Source of the DNA: an uncultured virus (IMG/VR IMGVR_UViG_3300009163_000001)
Taxonomy: Duplodnaviria; Heunggongvirae; Uroviricota; Caudoviricetes
Virus record (IMG/VR): IMGVR_UViG_3300009163_000001
Length of the DNA stretch: 64,000 bases
Strand: one strand, 5' to 3'
Shown here: in pieces, positions 9,339-17,934 of the stretch
Layout: each line of letters opens with the position of its first letter
Numbering within the stretch: position 1 is the stretch's first letter
Translations under genes and position numbers: made by a program
Notes under the pieces: model-generated
Databases searched by the model: none
Seen by the model: only the letters and a program-made list of their open reading frames with translations
Told to the model about the DNA's origin: nothing

Positions 9339-9706
9339 GAAATACTATTAAAGAGTTAGAACATTTACTTAAGATACAACGAGCATTAACTAGAATAGGT
9401 TTAAATAAAAATACAGAATTAGAGAATAGAATTACTGATCTAACTAAACCAGCACAACCAATGGTCTTACCTAATAATTTTGGTAAGGCGTTCATGGGTT
9501 ATGTTGAGTGCTTTGGTGGTAATTTACTAGCAATATATTGTAAGGATACTATTCTTGGTGTACTTCAAAAGAAAGACAAGATGTCTTATGAAGATGCTAT
9601 GGAGTATTTTAATTATAATATAGCTGGGTCTTGGGTTGGAAATGGAACACCATTATATCTTGAGAGATGTAGCATGGATGCATTTATGGATATAGTTGAA
9701 CAATGA
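9335..9706 (+). CDS. conserved hypothetical phage protein
   Basis: MSYEDAMEYFNYNIAGSWVGNGTP motif; ATGA coupling. Confidence 0.7.
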   Translation: MRNTIKELEHLLKIQRALTRIGLNKNTELENRITDLTKPAQPMVLPNNFGKAFMGYVECFGGNLLAIYCKDTILGVLQKKDKMSYEDAMEYFNYNIAGSWVGNGTPLYLERCSMDAFMDIVEQ

Positions 9707-9711
9707 ATTAA

Positions 9712-9736
9712 CCCCAATGGTTGGGGCTATAGATAC
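9712..9736 (+). promoter_or_regulatory. putative phage RNAP promoter
   Basis: CCCCAATGGTTGGGGCTATAGATAC, intergenic ahead of the SSB/replication genes. Confidence 0.8.
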
Positions 9737-9761
9737 GAAGTATCGTAAGAAAGGAGACACT

Positions 9762-9992
9762 ATGGAAAGTAATATTATTGATGTAGAAGCTACGCCAGTT
9801 GAGACACCTCAACCAACGCAGCAGGTTCCACAAGTTAGTGGAGTCAGCGTAATCGAATACTTGTCAAACATTAGTTATGTATTGACAGGAATGGTTACAA
9901 ATATTAACGAGCAAGTAACTCGTTTAATCGCAACAGGTAAACAACAGGAGAATGCAAATGGCAAAGACACGACTACCAGCAATGGTAACTGA
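9762..9992 (+). CDS. hypothetical protein
   Basis: AAGGAG SD before ATG 9762. Confidence 0.7.
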   Translation: MESNIIDVEATPVETPQPTQQVPQVSGVSVIEYLSNISYVLTGMVTNINEQVTRLIATGKQQENANGKDTTTSNGN

Positions 9993-10494
9993 GACGCTTG
10001 AAGTCAAGTGGTCTAACTTAAATAAGCCTGATGTTAACTTCGGTGTACACTCAGCTAATCATAACATTACAGTTGTGATTACACCTAAACTTCAAAAGCT
10101 TTTAACTGAGCTTACTAAGAAGTCTGGTGCTAAGAAGTTGAATGGTATGACTGAGAAGGATGATGTTAAGTATATTAAATTCAAGAGCAAGACTCATGTT
10201 GAATCAGCGGATGGTAAGTTCCCATGCGTTGATGCTGCGTCTAAGGAAACTGCTGCGGTTGCGTTTGGTGGCGATAAGGTAAGACTTAAGCTGCAACCAA
10301 TGGTTCTTGATCGTGATAACTCATTAAGTCTTTATCTTAATGGCGTTCAGATTATTGAGAAGGGTGAGTATAAACCATCTTCTGGTTTTGAACCAGTAGA
10401 GGGTGGCTTTGATGGCTCTACCTTTGTCGAATCTAAACCAACCGTTACTAAAGAAAAGGTTGATGAGCTTATCGAGGAAGACATTCCGTTTTAA
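9958..10494 (+). CDS. ssDNA-binding protein (T7 gp2.5-like)
   Basis: W..L.KPD; LSLYLNGVQIIE; acidic tail ending EEDIPF; position before the resolvase. Confidence 0.85.
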   Translation: MAKTRLPAMVTETLEVKWSNLNKPDVNFGVHSANHNITVVITPKLQKLLTELTKKSGAKKLNGMTEKDDVKYIKFKSKTHVESADGKFPCVDAASKETAAVAFGGDKVRLKLQPMVLDRDNSLSLYLNGVQIIEKGEYKPSSGFEPVEGGFDGSTFVESKPTVTKEKVDELIEEDIPF

Positions 10495-10874
10495 TGGAGT
10501 GGACTTTCAACATATCCCCTGTAGCTGCTAGTCGCCCTAGAGTCAGCAAGTGGGGAGCTTATTACACAGGTCCTTATAAAGAGTTCAAAGAGAAAGCTTC
10601 AGAAGAAGTTTATAAAGTGTTGGGTACAGAGCGTGAGTTGATCACCAAGCCCATCGTTGTATCTTTAGAAATGTATATAAGACAACCTAAAAAAACAGAG
10701 TTGGAATACCCAAGAGGTGATGTCGATAACTATGTCAAGGCTGTATTCGATGCAATGAATGGTAAACTTTGGAAAGATGATTCCCAAATCTTTGCTATGT
10801 TTGCATCGAAGCAGTGGGCAGATCGCTCATCCGATGGATACTTCACGCTGTCTATTAGTAATAAGATTAAGTAA
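10494..10874 (+). CDS. rusA: RusA-family Holliday junction resolvase
   Basis: SRPRV, GDVDNYVKAVFDAMNG and WKDDSQI motifs. Confidence 0.9.
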   Translation: MEWTFNISPVAASRPRVSKWGAYYTGPYKEFKEKASEEVYKVLGTERELITKPIVVSLEMYIRQPKKTELEYPRGDVDNYVKAVFDAMNGKLWKDDSQIFAMFASKQWADRSSDGYFTLSISNKIK

Positions 10875-10879
10875 AGACG

Positions 10880-10947
10880 AGCCATGTTTGGTGTAATTGG
10901 TAGCATTCCGTTTCACGGAGGTGGGAGTTCGAGTCTCCTAACTGGCT
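10880..10947 (+). ncRNA. tRNA-like RNA with truncated anticodon arm
   Basis: Acceptor AGCCA(T)GTT/AACTGGCT; D arm GTGTAATTGGTAGCAT; T arm GGGAG-TTCGAGT-CTCCT; anticodon arm only TCCG-TTTCA-CGGA. Confidence 0.6.
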
Positions 10948-10963
10948 TTATAAGGAGTATAAT

Positions 10964-11056
10964 ATGAATCCTTGGATAGCATTTTTTCTTGGAGTAGTTG
11001 TGTGTCAGTTGGTATGGATTGGAGTTATGATATGGGACACGAGGAGATTAAAATGA
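10964..11056 (+). CDS. small single-pass membrane protein (30 aa, not in ORF track)
   Basis: TAAGGAG SD; MNPWIAFFLGVVVCQLVWIGVMIWDTRRLK; ATGA coupling to thyX. Confidence 0.65.
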   Translation: MNPWIAFFLGVVVCQLVWIGVMIWDTRRLK

Positions 11057-11691
11057 GTATTGTAGAATATGTAGATCACATGGGTACAGATAATAGTGTG
11101 GTTGATGCAGCAAGGGTATCGTTTGATAAGGTATCGTTTGCTTATTCCGATTGGCAGAATGAAAAGTTAATTAGTTATCTCGCAGAACATAATCACTGGA
11201 GTCCTTTCTCTCATTGTTTTATTTCAATGAGATTCAAGGCTCCTGTTTTTATCGCACGACAACTAGCTAAACATCAGATAGGTTTTAGTTGGAACGAAGT
11301 ATCAAGACGCTATGTCACATCTGACATATCGTTTTGGATACCTGAGTATCTTAGAGAGAATTGTGCTGATAAAAAACAAGGATCATCTCTTGATAAAGTT
11401 GTTGACAATGAAAAGTTAATGATACAATATCTAAAATTACAATTAGATTGCAAGGCTTTGTATGAAAAGATGATTGAGTCTGATGTGTGTGGTGAGCAAG
11501 CACGAATGATCCTGCCACAGTCTATGATGACTGAGTGGATATGGTCTGGCTCGTTGTATGCATGGTCACGCATGTACAAGCTGCGATCACACGATGGTGT
11601 GCAACTTGAGACATCTTTGTATGCTAAAGAAGTAGGAAAGATTTGTAAGGAACGGTTCCCTATATGTTGGAAATATCTGGAGATTCAATAA
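11053..11691 (+). CDS. thyX: FAD-dependent thymidylate synthase
   Basis: AARVSF, HWSPF, RQLAKHQ..SWNEVSRRY and EQARMILPQS motifs. Confidence 0.95.
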   Translation: MSIVEYVDHMGTDNSVVDAARVSFDKVSFAYSDWQNEKLISYLAEHNHWSPFSHCFISMRFKAPVFIARQLAKHQIGFSWNEVSRRYVTSDISFWIPEYLRENCADKKQGSSLDKVVDNEKLMIQYLKLQLDCKALYEKMIESDVCGEQARMILPQSMMTEWIWSGSLYAWSRMYKLRSHDGVQLETSLYAKEVGKICKERFPICWKYLEIQ

Positions 11692-11870
11692 TGATAAACC
11701 AAGACCTTAATGAGATGGCAACAAAACACTATGAAAATGTACGATACGAGATTTTGTGCGATGCCAAAGACCATATGCGTGTTTATCGTTATTGGAGTTA
11801 TAGCATTGAAAAAAAGATGTTGCTTGATTTAGATACTCTAGAAAGGAAACACAATGACAACTGGTATTAA
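11691..11870 (+). CDS. hypothetical protein
   Basis: GGAG SD, TAATG coupling. Confidence 0.55.
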   Translation: MINQDLNEMATKHYENVRYEILCDAKDHMRVYRYWSYSIEKKMLLDLDTLERKHNDNWY

Positions 11871-13593
11871 GAAGCAATGTCCTAAGTGTGCTTCTGTTGG
11901 CAATGACAACAAGTGTAATAACTTTGTTGAGTATGATGACCATTGGTATTGCTTTGCATGTAAACACTACGAGAAAAAAGGAGATCATACTGTGATCGAA
12001 AGAACTGAAGAGGTTAAGAATGTTGGTGTATTGAAACCAACTAAGGGTACTATTGTTGGATTAGAACACCGTAACATTGATCAGAAGACTTGCCGCTTGT
12101 ATGGCTATGAGTCTGCTATCATCAATGGTAAAGAAGTAGAGATTGCTAATTACTATAACGGAACTGACTTAGTTGCTCAGCATCTCCGAGGTCCTGATAA
12201 GCAATTCTTTTGGAAGGGTGATACCAAGAAGCTTGAGTTGTTTGGTCAACACCTATGGCGTACTGGTGGTGGTAAGCGTGTCATCATTACTGAGGGTGAG
12301 ATTGATTGCATGACCGTGAACCAACTGTTAGGTGGTACATGGGCAGTCGTTAGCTTACCTAATGGTGCATCATCCGCTGTAAAATCTATTAAAGAAAACC
12401 TTGACTTTGTTTGCTCATACCAAGAAGTTGTATTGTGTTTTGATAACGATACCCCAGGTCGTGATGCTGCTAAGGCTGTTGCTGATATCCTACCTCCTGG
12501 AAAATGTAAGATCGCTAAGCTTCCATACAAGGATGCTAATGAATGTCTTATGAATGCACAGGGCAAGGCTGTTGTCTCCGCTATATGGGAAGCACAACAG
12601 TATTCACCTGATGAAATCTTACACATTTCATCTATTGTTCGTGACTCAACTGATATCTCTAACACTAAGGTATACCCATTCCCATTTGATACACTATCAG
12701 AATATCTGATCGGTCAGCGTGGTGGTGAGATTACATTGTGGGCTTCTGGTACTGGCTCTGGCAAGTCTACGATCCTCCGTGAGTTGATCTTAAATCATCT
12801 TGAGGAAGGAAGATCAGTCGGTGCTATCATGCTTGAGGAGTCACCACAGGAGACTATGGATGACATGATCAGCTTGATCTTAAACAAACCTGTCCGTGCT
12901 ATTATGGCGGGTAGGATGATGAACGATCTCCGTACTAAATTAGGTAAGCCTAAAATTAACATGGATTTTGTAAATGACTTTACCAATGAAGAGTATGCAC
13001 AGGCTAGACAAAAGTTATCTGAGACTTCTTTCTATGTCTATGATCACCTTGGCAACAACGCCATGAGTAATCTATTAGCACGAATGGAGTTCATGGCTGT
13101 GTCATTAAAGGTTGATGTCATTGTACTTGATCACATTACGGCTGCTGCTGCTGGCTTGCTTGGTATTACCAACAAGGATGTGGATGGTGGTAACTCAGAG
13201 CGTATCATCATTGATACACTTATGAAAGAACTACGAGCCATCTCTGTTCGCACTGGTGTGCATGTTGATATCGTATCACAACTAAAGAAGACTGACAAAG
13301 CCTTTGAAGAGGGTGACCGTATCACATTACAAGATCTTAGAGGATCTGGTGCGTTGTCTTCAGTACCCAATACTGTTGTTGCTCTTGAACGAGATCGACA
13401 GAACGCAGATGATACCGTTGCTAATACAACAATCATTCGTGTACTTAAGAATAGGTTGACTGGTCGTGCTGGAATTGCTACTGCACTATACTATGATCGT
13501 AAGAATGGTAGACTCAAGGAGATTGGGTTTGCTATGGATGATGGTGGTTCTGTAGTCTTTAACAACGAGGATACAAATGCACAAGAAGTTTAA
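11854..13593 (+). CDS. primase-helicase (T7 gp4-like)
   Basis: Zn finger CPKC/CFAC; TOPRIM EGEID and FDND; Walker A GTGSGKST; LDHI; DLRGSG; LKNR. Confidence 0.97.
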   Translation: MTTGIKKQCPKCASVGNDNKCNNFVEYDDHWYCFACKHYEKKGDHTVIERTEEVKNVGVLKPTKGTIVGLEHRNIDQKTCRLYGYESAIINGKEVEIANYYNGTDLVAQHLRGPDKQFFWKGDTKKLELFGQHLWRTGGGKRVIITEGEIDCMTVNQLLGGTWAVVSLPNGASSAVKSIKENLDFVCSYQEVVLCFDNDTPGRDAAKAVADILPPGKCKIAKLPYKDANECLMNAQGKAVVSAIWEAQQYSPDEILHISSIVRDSTDISNTKVYPFPFDTLSEYLIGQRGGEITLWASGTGSGKSTILRELILNHLEEGRSVGAIMLEESPQETMDDMISLILNKPVRAIMAGRMMNDLRTKLGKPKINMDFVNDFTNEEYAQARQKLSETSFYVYDHLGNNAMSNLLARMEFMAVSLKVDVIVLDHITAAAAGLLGITNKDVDGGNSERIIIDTLMKELRAISVRTGVHVDIVSQLKKTDKAFEEGDRITLQDLRGSGALSSVPNTVVALERDRQNADDTVANTTIIRVLKNRLTGRAGIATALYYDRKNGRLKEIGFAMDDGGSVVFNNEDTNAQEV

Positions 13594-13774
13594 TCATATC
13601 GTTACACTAACTTTTGATATCTTAACTAACTCAGAAGATCTTAAAGGTATGACTAAGATGGAATTAGTTAATGCTTTGAATAGAGTATACGATCCCAAGT
13701 GGATACTTGAAGACGGTGGTAAAAAGTTTATTGAGAAGTTAGCTATACAAGAAACAATTGAAATTAATAAATAG
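13577..13774 (+). CDS. hypothetical protein
   Basis: GAGG SD; tiling. Confidence 0.6.
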   Translation: MHKKFNHIVTLTFDILTNSEDLKGMTKMELVNALNRVYDPKWILEDGGKKFIEKLAIQETIEINK

Positions 13775-13782
13775 GAGTCTAT

Positions 13783-15492
13783 ATGAAACTTATTCTAGAT
13801 GTTGAGTGCGATTCACTCAGTGAGATTTCTATTAGCGGTGATAAAATTATTAGAGAAGCCAAGACTATTTGGTGTGCTGTTGCGTATGATATTGAGACAG
13901 AAAAAGTATATAGATTTACTTACGAGAATATGCATGAGTTACCTGATCTAATGGACAAGGCTGACCTGTTGATAGGACACAACATCTTATTTGATCTTGC
14001 TATTATTGATAGACTGCTTCGTAAAACTAAGTGTCCTAACTATCGAGACAGCTTGATCATCAGTAGGCTAATGCACCCTGATGTAAACGAGCATCCTCTT
14101 GGTGGCAATAGCTTGGAGATGTGGGGCAAGTTCCTTAAGAACCCTAAGATTGAATACAAGGGTGGCTGGGATCATTACTCACAAGAGATGCTTACTTACT
14201 GTGAGCAAGATGTCATGCTTAGTGCTGCTGTTTACAAGTATCAACTAGCGTGGTGTGCTGCACACGAGAACATCTTACCACCCGCTGTCATTAAACTAGA
14301 ACACTTAGTATCAAAGATACTTGCTGAGCAAACTGATAATGGATTTAACTATGACTATCACAATGGAGATATTTTATATGGTACATTACTATTACACAAA
14401 GTTAGTATTGAAGATGAGATGCGTGTTGTATTCCCTGATATTGTGCATGAGCGGGTATCGGAAAAGACGGGTAAACCGCTAAAGACTAAGGTCGAGATCT
14501 TTAACCCAGGATCACGCACACAGATTGCTAGTAGACTGAAAGATAAATATAATTGGACACCACCCACAACCGATAAGGGTAACCCAAAGGTTGATGAGGC
14601 TGTGCTTGCTGATCTAAACTATCCCGAAGCTAAGAAGTTAGTAGAGTATTTTAACTACATAAAACTTATGGGCATGGTTCTTGATTGGAATACAAGAGCC
14701 AACCTAACTAGGGATGGGCATATACATGGATCAGTTAACGCACAAGGTGCTGCTACTGGTAGATGTACACACTCCCAACCTAACATGGCACAGGTAAGCA
14801 AGGATAAAGAAGCAAGAAAGTTATGGATACCTGATACTAATTGTGTGCTTGTCGGTGCTGATCTTAAGGGATTGGAACTAAGAATGCTTGCACACTTTAT
14901 GGCTAAGTATGATGGTGGTAAGTATGGTGAGAAGATCCTAACGGATGACATTCACACATACAATCAAAAAGCTGCTGGTCTACCTGATAGAGACGCAGCT
15001 AAGACATTCATCTATGCGTACTGCTATGGTGCTGGTGATAAGAAGTTAGGTACAATCGTTGGTGGCAGTAGTGCCGCTGGTAAAACAATACGCACAAAGT
15101 TTCAGAAAGAAATTCCTGCGTTAGAAAAGGTTCATCAAGATGTCAAGTTTTCTGTCGCAAAAACTAAAGGTGTTAAACTATTGGATGGAAGGATTGTTCC
15201 TGTACGGTCTGAACATGCCGCTCTTAATACATTGTTACAAGGATCTGGGGCAGTACTATCTAAACTATGGATGTGTATTGCAAACAGGAACCTAAAGAAA
15301 ATATATGGAACAACTGTTAAACAAGTGGCATACATACATGATGAATTACAATTCACTTGTCCACCTGAGATTGCAGATGCAGTTGGTAAGGTTATTACTG
15401 ATGCTGCTACTGATGCTGGCGTAAGGTTGGGGCTAAAGATAAGAGTCGATGCGGGCTATTCCGTAGGAAAGAACTGGAGCGAAACACATTGA
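13783..15492 (+). CDS. family A DNA polymerase (T7 gp5-like) with 3'-5' exonuclease
   Basis: DVE, GHNILFD, YCEQDV; ATGR; DLKGLELR; AKTFIYAYCYG; IHDE. Confidence 0.97.
   Translation: MKLILDVECDSLSEISISGDKIIREAKTIWCAVAYDIETEKVYRFTYENMHELPDLMDKADLLIGHNILFDLAIIDRLLRKTKCPNYRDSLIISRLMHPDVNEHPLGGNSLEMWGKFLKNPKIEYKGGWDHYSQEMLTYCEQDVMLSAAVYKYQLAWCAAHENILPPAVIKLEHLVSKILAEQTDNGFNYDYHNGDILYGTLLLHKVSIEDEMRVVFPDIVHERVSEKTGKPLKTKVEIFNPGSRTQIASRLKDKYNWTPPTTDKGNPKVDEAVLADLNYPEAKKLVEYFNYIKLMGMVLDWNTRANLTRDGHIHGSVNAQGAATGRCTHSQPNMAQVSKDKEARKLWIPDTNCVLVGADLKGLELRMLAHFMAKYDGGKYGEKILTDDIHTYNQKAAGLPDRDAAKTFIYAYCYGAGDKKLGTIVGGSSAAGKTIRTKFQKEIPALEKVHQDVKFSVAKTKGVKLLDGRIVPVRSEHAALNTLLQGSGAVLSKLWMCIANRNLKKIYGTTVKQVAYIHDELQFTCPPEIADAVGKVITDAATDAGVRLGLKIRVDAGYSVGKNWSETH
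15426..15441 (+). promoter_or_regulatory. possible gene-internal phage promoter
   Basis: GTTGGGGCTAAAGATA, 15/16 match to the promoter core, near the end of the polymerase gene. Confidence 0.5.
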
Positions 15493-15962
15493 AAACAGAT
15501 ATCTATATTGCGTTCTATGATAATAGAAAGAGGTGTGGTTATATACACAGACTCGTACAAATTTGTACTTGGTCTAACATAAGCCACATAGCTTTAATAT
15601 TTGATATGGGATTTACTAAGTTAACTCCAATGGTATTGTCTGGTATTAAACCAAGACTAATGACAGAAGATAGTTTGAACTCTCAATCTAAATGTTTATA
15701 TAAAAAATATGTTGGGTCTTGTGATATGAATATAGAAAGTATTAAAAGTATATGTGATAACCATAGGGAAGTATCTGTATTACAAGAACTATTTTCTTTT
15801 ACTATTGGCTGGATGTTTGGTTTCAAATCAAGTAGTTGTTGTACACTCGCTGTTGATTTTATGAATACAAAAATGAATTACAATTTAAAAAATAGAAGTA
15901 ACCCTAAGAAACTAATGAAGGAGATTCGATATGATTGTTATTATGATTTCTGGACAAGCTAG
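15489..15962 (+). CDS. hypothetical protein, possibly permuted papain-like (NlpC/P60) fold
   Basis: N-terminal ISHIALIF and C-terminal SCCTLAVD resemble the His-then-Cys order; TTG start. Confidence 0.5.
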   Translation: MKTDIYIAFYDNRKRCGYIHRLVQICTWSNISHIALIFDMGFTKLTPMVLSGIKPRLMTEDSLNSQSKCLYKKYVGSCDMNIESIKSICDNHREVSVLQELFSFTIGWMFGFKSSSCCTLAVDFMNTKMNYNLKNRSNPKKLMKEIRYDCYYDFWTS

Positions 15963-16701
15963 AGTAGGTAAGACAACGCTGTCTAATTTCATAGCAGAGT
16001 ATTGTGTACACAACAACCTAACACCAAAGATTATTCCTTTTGCTCTTAGTATAAAGAAGCAAGCTGCAATTGAGGGGTATACTAAAGATTCAAATCAAGA
16101 AGAGTATCGTTCATTCTGTCAGCATCTTGGTCAGGGTATGCGTGATATTAATTCAAACCACTGGGTAAACGAGTGGGAGAAATTAGTTAGTGCTGTCTAC
16201 GATGAAGAGGTTAAGTTATTAAATGAACAGCCTGAGTTTTATAAAGAGCGTGTTGTTCTTGTAGATGATTGTAGATATCTAAATGAATTAGAGATTGGTA
16301 AAAAGTACAAAGCTATTGATATATTTATCTCAGCTGGTACTAGAAAATTAGAAGAGCATGATGCTGAGTGGCGCAAGCACCGTAGTGAAGAGCTTGCTTA
16401 TTCTATTGATAGACAAAGATCTAAATTAATTGATAGGTTTTATTACCATATTTACAATGAAAATACTATTGAAGACTTTAAGAAGTTTTGTACTAGACAA
16501 ATACCCACATGGTTAGGTCTTGTTGCTGACAATAACAAAGCAAACTGTAACTGTGAGTTATGTAGGGCTGATAGAGAGAACCGTCACCCAAATAATAATA
16601 CTGTACTAGAGGAAACTCTAGATTATTTAATGGATAAACTTCCAGAAGATTGGTTTAACCTTGGAAAGAAAGAAGATAAAGATGATAAAGATCCCAACTA
16701 A
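15931..16701 (+). CDS. deoxynucleoside monophosphate kinase-like P-loop protein
   Basis: ISGQARVGKTT, FA..IK, R..CQ.LG..MR, VDDCRYLNE, HRSE. Confidence 0.8.
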   Translation: MIVIMISGQARVGKTTLSNFIAEYCVHNNLTPKIIPFALSIKKQAAIEGYTKDSNQEEYRSFCQHLGQGMRDINSNHWVNEWEKLVSAVYDEEVKLLNEQPEFYKERVVLVDDCRYLNELEIGKKYKAIDIFISAGTRKLEEHDAEWRKHRSEELAYSIDRQRSKLIDRFYYHIYNENTIEDFKKFCTRQIPTWLGLVADNNKANCNCELCRADRENRHPNNNTVLEETLDYLMDKLPEDWFNLGKKEDKDDKDPN

Positions 16702-17449
16702 AGCTGTGCTTGATGGAGATATCTTAGCGTATCGTATTGCGTTTAGAGCTGATACTGATGGTGTTGATGGCATCCAAGACTGGGTACAGGATGACCTTAC
16801 TAAATGGACACCAGCAGGAGTGACTGATGTTACTGTGGCTTTCTCATGCTCTCGCAAGGATAACTATAGACGGACTGTTCTTGAGTCTTACAAAGCTCAT
16901 CGTGATGTAAGTAGACAAGCACCTGAGAGTTTGCCTATGGTTATCCAATGTATTAAGGATGTACTACCTCATTGTACAGGTATCTGTATCGAGGCTGATG
17001 ACATCATGGGTGTTAAGGCATCACAGGCTGACCGAGATACTATTGCGGTTACCATAGACAAAGACTTAAGATCAGTTCCAGGATGGCATTGGAACCCTGA
17101 TAAGGAAGAGTCGCCTGTTATGTTGACTGAGCAGGAAGCTGACCGTAACTTCCACATGCAATGGCTGACTGGTGATACAACCGATAACATTGGTGGTATC
17201 TGGAAGATGGGTGCTGTTAAAGCTAATAAGTTATTGGACTCTACTACACCTACTAACTGGACTGCCGCTGTCATGGCTGCTTATGAGACTATACTTAACA
17301 AAGATAAGGAACACTATGATATAACCTATGCCCTACAGATGGCTAGGTGTGTCAGAATCCTTAGGGCTGGTGAGGTTAAGTTTGTTATGAAGGCTGGTTT
17401 AATTGTAAATAATAAGGTTATTCTCTGGACTCCCCATTGTTGGGGCTAA
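16682..17449 (+). CDS. 5'-3' exonuclease (T7 gp6-like)
   Basis: LDGDILAY, YKAHR, EADD, DKDL, GDTTDNIGG. Confidence 0.93.
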   Translation: MIKIPTKAVLDGDILAYRIAFRADTDGVDGIQDWVQDDLTKWTPAGVTDVTVAFSCSRKDNYRRTVLESYKAHRDVSRQAPESLPMVIQCIKDVLPHCTGICIEADDIMGVKASQADRDTIAVTIDKDLRSVPGWHWNPDKEESPVMLTEQEADRNFHMQWLTGDTTDNIGGIWKMGAVKANKLLDSTTPTNWTAAVMAAYETILNKDKEHYDITYALQMARCVRILRAGEVKFVMKAGLIVNNKVILWTPHCWG

Positions 17450-17456
17450 GAGATAC
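17432..17456 (+). promoter_or_regulatory. putative phage RNAP promoter (variant)
   Basis: CCCCATTGTTGGGGCTAAGAGATAC across the exonuclease stop codon. Confidence 0.7.
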
Positions 17457-17475
17457 CGTAAGAAAGAGGTTGGAT

Positions 17476-17934
17476 ATGGTTATGTTTGATAAACTATTAA
17501 AATTTATGGGTAAGAAGGATAAGGTTAAGGTGGTTACTGAGTATATTAACCCCAATATTATTAATGTTGTGGCTGAACATTTACCAGAAGCTATTAATAA
17601 ATGCAACACTATCTTTAATTTAAAGGTTAGTTTAAATGCAATGCTATTAATTAAAGGTGAGGAGTCTGCTATACTATCAACTAATACTTGTATTAAGATC
17701 CCACAAAATTGCTGTGGTATAGTAACACTAAAGACTGATGGTTTAATTATACCGTCTGGCTTTGTAGTGATTACTCCAGATCATACTACTGATATTAAGA
17801 TTCCTGTTAAGAATATGTCACAACAAAAGCGTGTGTCAGTATATAATAACCAAGTTATTGCTGAGTTATTTATTATTAATTTATATACGCCAGAGTTTGT
17901 TAGAGTTAAACGATTGAATGAGGTTACAAAGTAA
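17476..17934 (+). CDS. degenerate trimeric dUTPase-like protein
   Basis: I..EE..I.ST...IKIP....G.V / VI.PD....I.I.V.N / IAEL follow the dUTPase fold, but the catalytic motifs are altered. Confidence 0.6.
   Translation: MVMFDKLLKFMGKKDKVKVVTEYINPNIINVVAEHLPEAINKCNTIFNLKVSLNAMLLIKGEESAILSTNTCIKIPQNCCGIVTLKTDGLIIPSGFVVITPDHTTDIKIPVKNMSQQKRVSVYNNQVIAELFIINLYTPEFVRVKRLNEVTK

Noticed and set aside
10911..10915. TCA in the tRNA-like loop as an opal suppressor / recoded genetic code
   Set aside because: The loop is not a 7-nt anticodon loop, and TGA serves as a normal stop in many ATGA-coupled genes; core genes are uninterrupted in the standard code.
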